This document shows positions 8,986 to 12,144 of a stretch of 12,144 nucleotides of DNA, one piece after another. The translations under genes and the position numbers were made by a program. Positions within the stretch are counted from its first letter, which is position 1; each line of letters opens with the position of its first letter. The notes beneath the pieces are model-generated. The model was not told where the DNA came from. It did no database searches and was given only the letters and a program-made list of their open reading frames with translations. Origin of the DNA: Tubiluchus corallicola (Eukaryota > Animalia > Priapulida); the NCBI GenBank assembly GCA_030141605.1, contig JAQGDQ010002167.1, positions 1-12,144 of the forward strand, given 5' to 3'.

Positions 8986-9411
8986 TTTTTCTACCTTATA
9001 AATGGTCGCATAAATAGCTCGCATCGCAGCCTCTGTTGCTTCCATACTAATTGCGAAAGCTTTTCTTTAAGTACGCAGTGTTTGTATTATGCCAGCCTGT
9101 TTGATTTTCTCACGTGTTTTTTCAAGGTCATGCAAGGAGAGCTAATAATAGGTATGGTTCCGAATACCGAAGCAGGAATCGAAACAAACATTTGCGAAGG
9201 ATGCTTAACCGTTACGGTTATTACCTCCAGGAAGTCGAAGAAGAGAGGGCCAGTATTTCAGACATGCAGAACGTACTCACTAATGGTTTGTGGCTTACGT
9301 ATTTCAGTCTCTATTTTAAAGCCGTTTGACAGAATATCTGCTATGCTTGAAAGCCTGCCTTGGTGTTCGTCTGAAATGAACGTGATATCACTGCAATTAT
9401 GGTCTATGTTA

Positions 9412-9467
<56 letters not shown>

Positions 9468-9484
9468 ATAATAGTAGCAGTAGT
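9412..9484. repeat. (TAG)n / (TAC)n microsatellite
   Basis: About 18 perfect TAG units followed by degenerate ones. This explains the poly-Tyr ORF at 9258-9509. Confidence 0.98.
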
Positions 9485-9880
9485 GTTCATATTCATATTC
9501 ATTCAACATACATCATTAGGTTTATACGATATAATACTATTATAGCGAGATTATCATGGGAATAAGCTTAGTGTATCTGCAATTAGTTTTGCTCATGTTT
9601 CTAGCTGTAAATTGAACAGATCGTCTGCGATATTAAGCCATTTTGTTTGCAATCCTGTTACTCTACATCTTGTTACTACATGTTGCCCACCTTGTACGTC
9701 GCAAATATTACACAGTTTTCTATGGTGCGATACCGTGGGTCTTACCCATCTCCCTGTTTCAAATTTCGAGTGACGTGCAGATATAACATAACCGGCTGAA
9801 TTTAATACACAGCAAATCAGTCATATTAGTAGTATGTCCCTGGTGCTGTGGATTGAGAGACACATAAGTTGCAATACATA
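9412..9880 (-). mobile_element. Decayed non-LTR retrotransposon 3' end with CCHC zinc knuckle (RTE-X-like) and (TAC)n tail
   Basis: Minus strand reads TYVSLNP (9849-9869)...IKFSRL...SLEI / frameshift / ETGRWVRP (from 9760)...CNIC-x6-H-x4-C (9712-9665), then a short UTR and (TAC)n. Clade assignment is inferred from the motif alone. The element may extend to ~10175. Confidence 0.8.
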
Positions 9881-10549
9881 AACTCTTCCTTTTGCAAACT
9901 AAACTTTTTGTTAAACTCTTCCTTCTAATCGCCAACACGTAAATTCATTGCGATATAATTAAAGTACCTTTTGTCCGCCTTTTGCAAAACGTATACCTCT
10001 TATTCTAGAGAACGGGAACGGGTCGGGGGCAGTGATGGTAATAGTTAGGATTGCCCATTCAACGGTGGGTGTAGTAGACATATTTAGAACACCCGGGAGA
10101 TCCATGTCATCCCGTAAAGGGCGCATTAATAATGTTAGAAAAACATTGGCAATTCCTCTGGGAACGTCTGTCATTAATCTGTAATCATCAATATTACATG
10201 ATGGTTCTTCTGATTATATCACTTCACTAAGTAACTGGTTAACTAAGTAAAGTGTCTTTTTCAGCTTCGTTAATCACGTGCCCTGGATTCATGGGCGACT
10301 TCCCAAGTCAAACTAATACGGCCCACATCAGACTAGCAGAACCGGAAGACGACATCGATGAGCTTACATCCTGCCTGGTACCACATTTTCATTTTTTCTA
10401 AGATTTCCTCTTAAAAATCGCCTAAAAAATTACATGACTTCTAGCAATTTAAACTTATATCATACTCGCGTTGAAAGGATTTTTTGTTTGTTTTCTTCCC
10501 CCTCGATACTCTTCCGACCGTGCCAATTACCCGACGTAATAGCGAGGGG

Positions 10550-10846
10550 AAGAAAAGGAAATTCTAAACTACATTCCCAAAAACTTGCAAAATTATATTA
10601 CTTAGCATTTGCTTACCTACTTGAAAGGCTTACGTAACCAGAAAAGAAAGTTATTAATTCTTCAAAATGTTTTCAACGTATTGGTAAAATGTCATTACTC
10701 CTCTCCATGGTACACCACTCGTTAACCAAAAAACGTATTTTTAATTTTATCGACAACATACAGTAATTTAAAATTTTACGAATGCTCAGATTATGTTTTC
10801 AAATTTTACTGAGTGTAATCTAAACTTGTTTCAAATGACTGCGTCT
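10550..10846 (-). pseudogene. Decayed exon-like unit, copy B (paralogous to 8688-8985), family unknown
   Basis: Frame RKILNYCMLSIKLKIRFLVNEWCTMERSNDILPIR*KHFEELITFFSGYVSLSS ends at phase-2 donor AG|GTAAGC at 10616 and aligns with copy A. Confidence 0.5.
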
Positions 10847-11688
10847 AACGGTTATCATGGGAGTTTAAATTTACATTTTATACAGTGTTACTGCCGACAC
10901 AAGCTCTGTATGCAAAAAACGGTAAGTAAGTGCTACAAAATTTCAAGACGAATTTTTAAGCTTTATTAAGTCGAGTGTTTTCGTGCTTTAAGTTATACTT
11001 ATCGACTAAAAACCACGTGCTTTGGCATGGAGAAGACCACTTTAACAGTGGTTTTTTGTACTCTAGAAGAACATAATTTGACAGAAACAAATAAATGTTT
11101 ACAATGTTTTATAGACCTTCAGTTACTACTTGAAAGATAATTTAATCTACTTTTCTTTTCAGATAATATTCGAAAAAAAATTTATTTGTATTTTTTCTGC
11201 ACTTCATCGTGTTTCCTTTGCAGTTAATGTTTGAAAAAAAAACGGCTTTGTATTTTTTCTCCATTTTATGGCATTTTAAGCGCATCTAAGTCTACCTTTA
11301 ATTCATGTTTTGCAAACATCGATTTTTGTTTTAATCGAACTTGTTCAAAGCGCATTTGTTGCTACTTAAGAATTTTGTTTTAAGATTTATTATCTCATTA
11401 TCATTTATACTTATAAAATCCCAATATTAATTTTTAGTAACTACTGATATACACGCCAGAAGATTTTAACACAAAGATTAAAATGAACAAATGCCAATTA
11501 ACTCTATTACAAAATTACAAACCCTGGGTTGTAGGTGGGCTGGTTACCCCGTAACATTCACAATTTCTATTTAAAAAGGACCTGCTTTTTACCTATTGTT
11601 TCGCAGTAACTCAGCTACCCAAGAGTTAGGTATTATTTTCTTTTTCGCTCCCTTACGAAACAATTACCTCGTGGGAATCCCACGTACA

Positions 11689-12144
11689 TTACAGCATCCG
11701 GACAGTATCATTCGAAAGAGCACAAGCTGCAAGAGGTGACCGTTTCACGTAAGAATAATTCTGTATTTCAGCCTGTGGAACTTGATAAAAAGTTGCAGCC
11801 ACCCGGCCAACCAAACAAGGACCAATGACGCCACATAATCTGGCTGTGGAACAAAATACTGCAAGAAAGATTCAATCGTCTCAGTACGCCCTTCAAATTG
11901 CCTGACTTTGACCCGCTTCATCCTTGAGAATACAGCAGCCCAAGAGTCAGAAACACAAGCAGAAACTACCGGCGGGACAGCAGATGCATAACGAGCGGCT
12001 TCACACTTAAAAATCTCCATCTGCACTCTGGCTTGAATCAGCTGCGACATTACTTCTTGCCTGTTATCCTCAGGCAAGACAGAGACATTAGCCCAAATAG
12101 GAAGACCAACTGAATAGATGAAACTGATTCACCACCACATTGTC
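11689..12144 (-). mobile_element. Degenerate Ty3/Gypsy gag fragment with a frameshift near 11845; open to the right window edge
   Basis: Frame 1 ...VKVRQFEGRTETIESFLQYF joins frame 2 RLCGVIGPCLVGRVAATFYQVPQAEIQNYSYVKRSPLAACALSNDTVRML*. Together they fit the gag capsid pattern F.G...IE.FL..FE...L.G.A...Y..L......Y..VK..LL..Y.L. Confidence 0.7.

Noticed and set aside
8965-9414. 149-aa plus-strand ORF
   Set aside because: TTG start, no recognisable motif, and it stops at the microsatellite. Not supportable as a gene.
9258-9509. Poly-Tyr ORF
   Set aside because: Produced by the (TAC)n microsatellite.
11008-11056. 9-bp inverted repeat aaaaaccac / gtggttttt
   Set aside because: Short and low-complexity, with no TSD or other element hallmark.

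Overview
AT-rich animal genomic DNA, probably invertebrate (inferred from spliceosomal introns, microsatellites and TE content). The only intact gene is the 5' end of a minus-strand SLC5 sodium:solute symporter (SLC5A8/SLC5A12/SLC5A6-like). Four coding exons of 339, 66, 52 and 68 nt splice in frame, and the gene continues off the left edge. The ~9.4 kb upstream is mostly transposon and pseudogene remnants: a 5'-truncated Penelope-like element (GIY-YIG C-terminus, inverted tail, minimal hammerhead ribozyme), a 4x42-bp CCAAT minisatellite, a ~0.6-kb non-autonomous hAT element with an 8-bp TSD, two clear LINE 3' ends and a possible third, two diverged copies of a decayed exon-like unit from an unrecognised gene, and a frameshifted Gypsy gag fragment at the right edge. 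Most ORF-track entries are repeat artefacts. Nothing here clearly amounts to a new biological system. The best leads are the Penelope hammerhead next to the SLC5 promoter and the unidentified duplicated exon.
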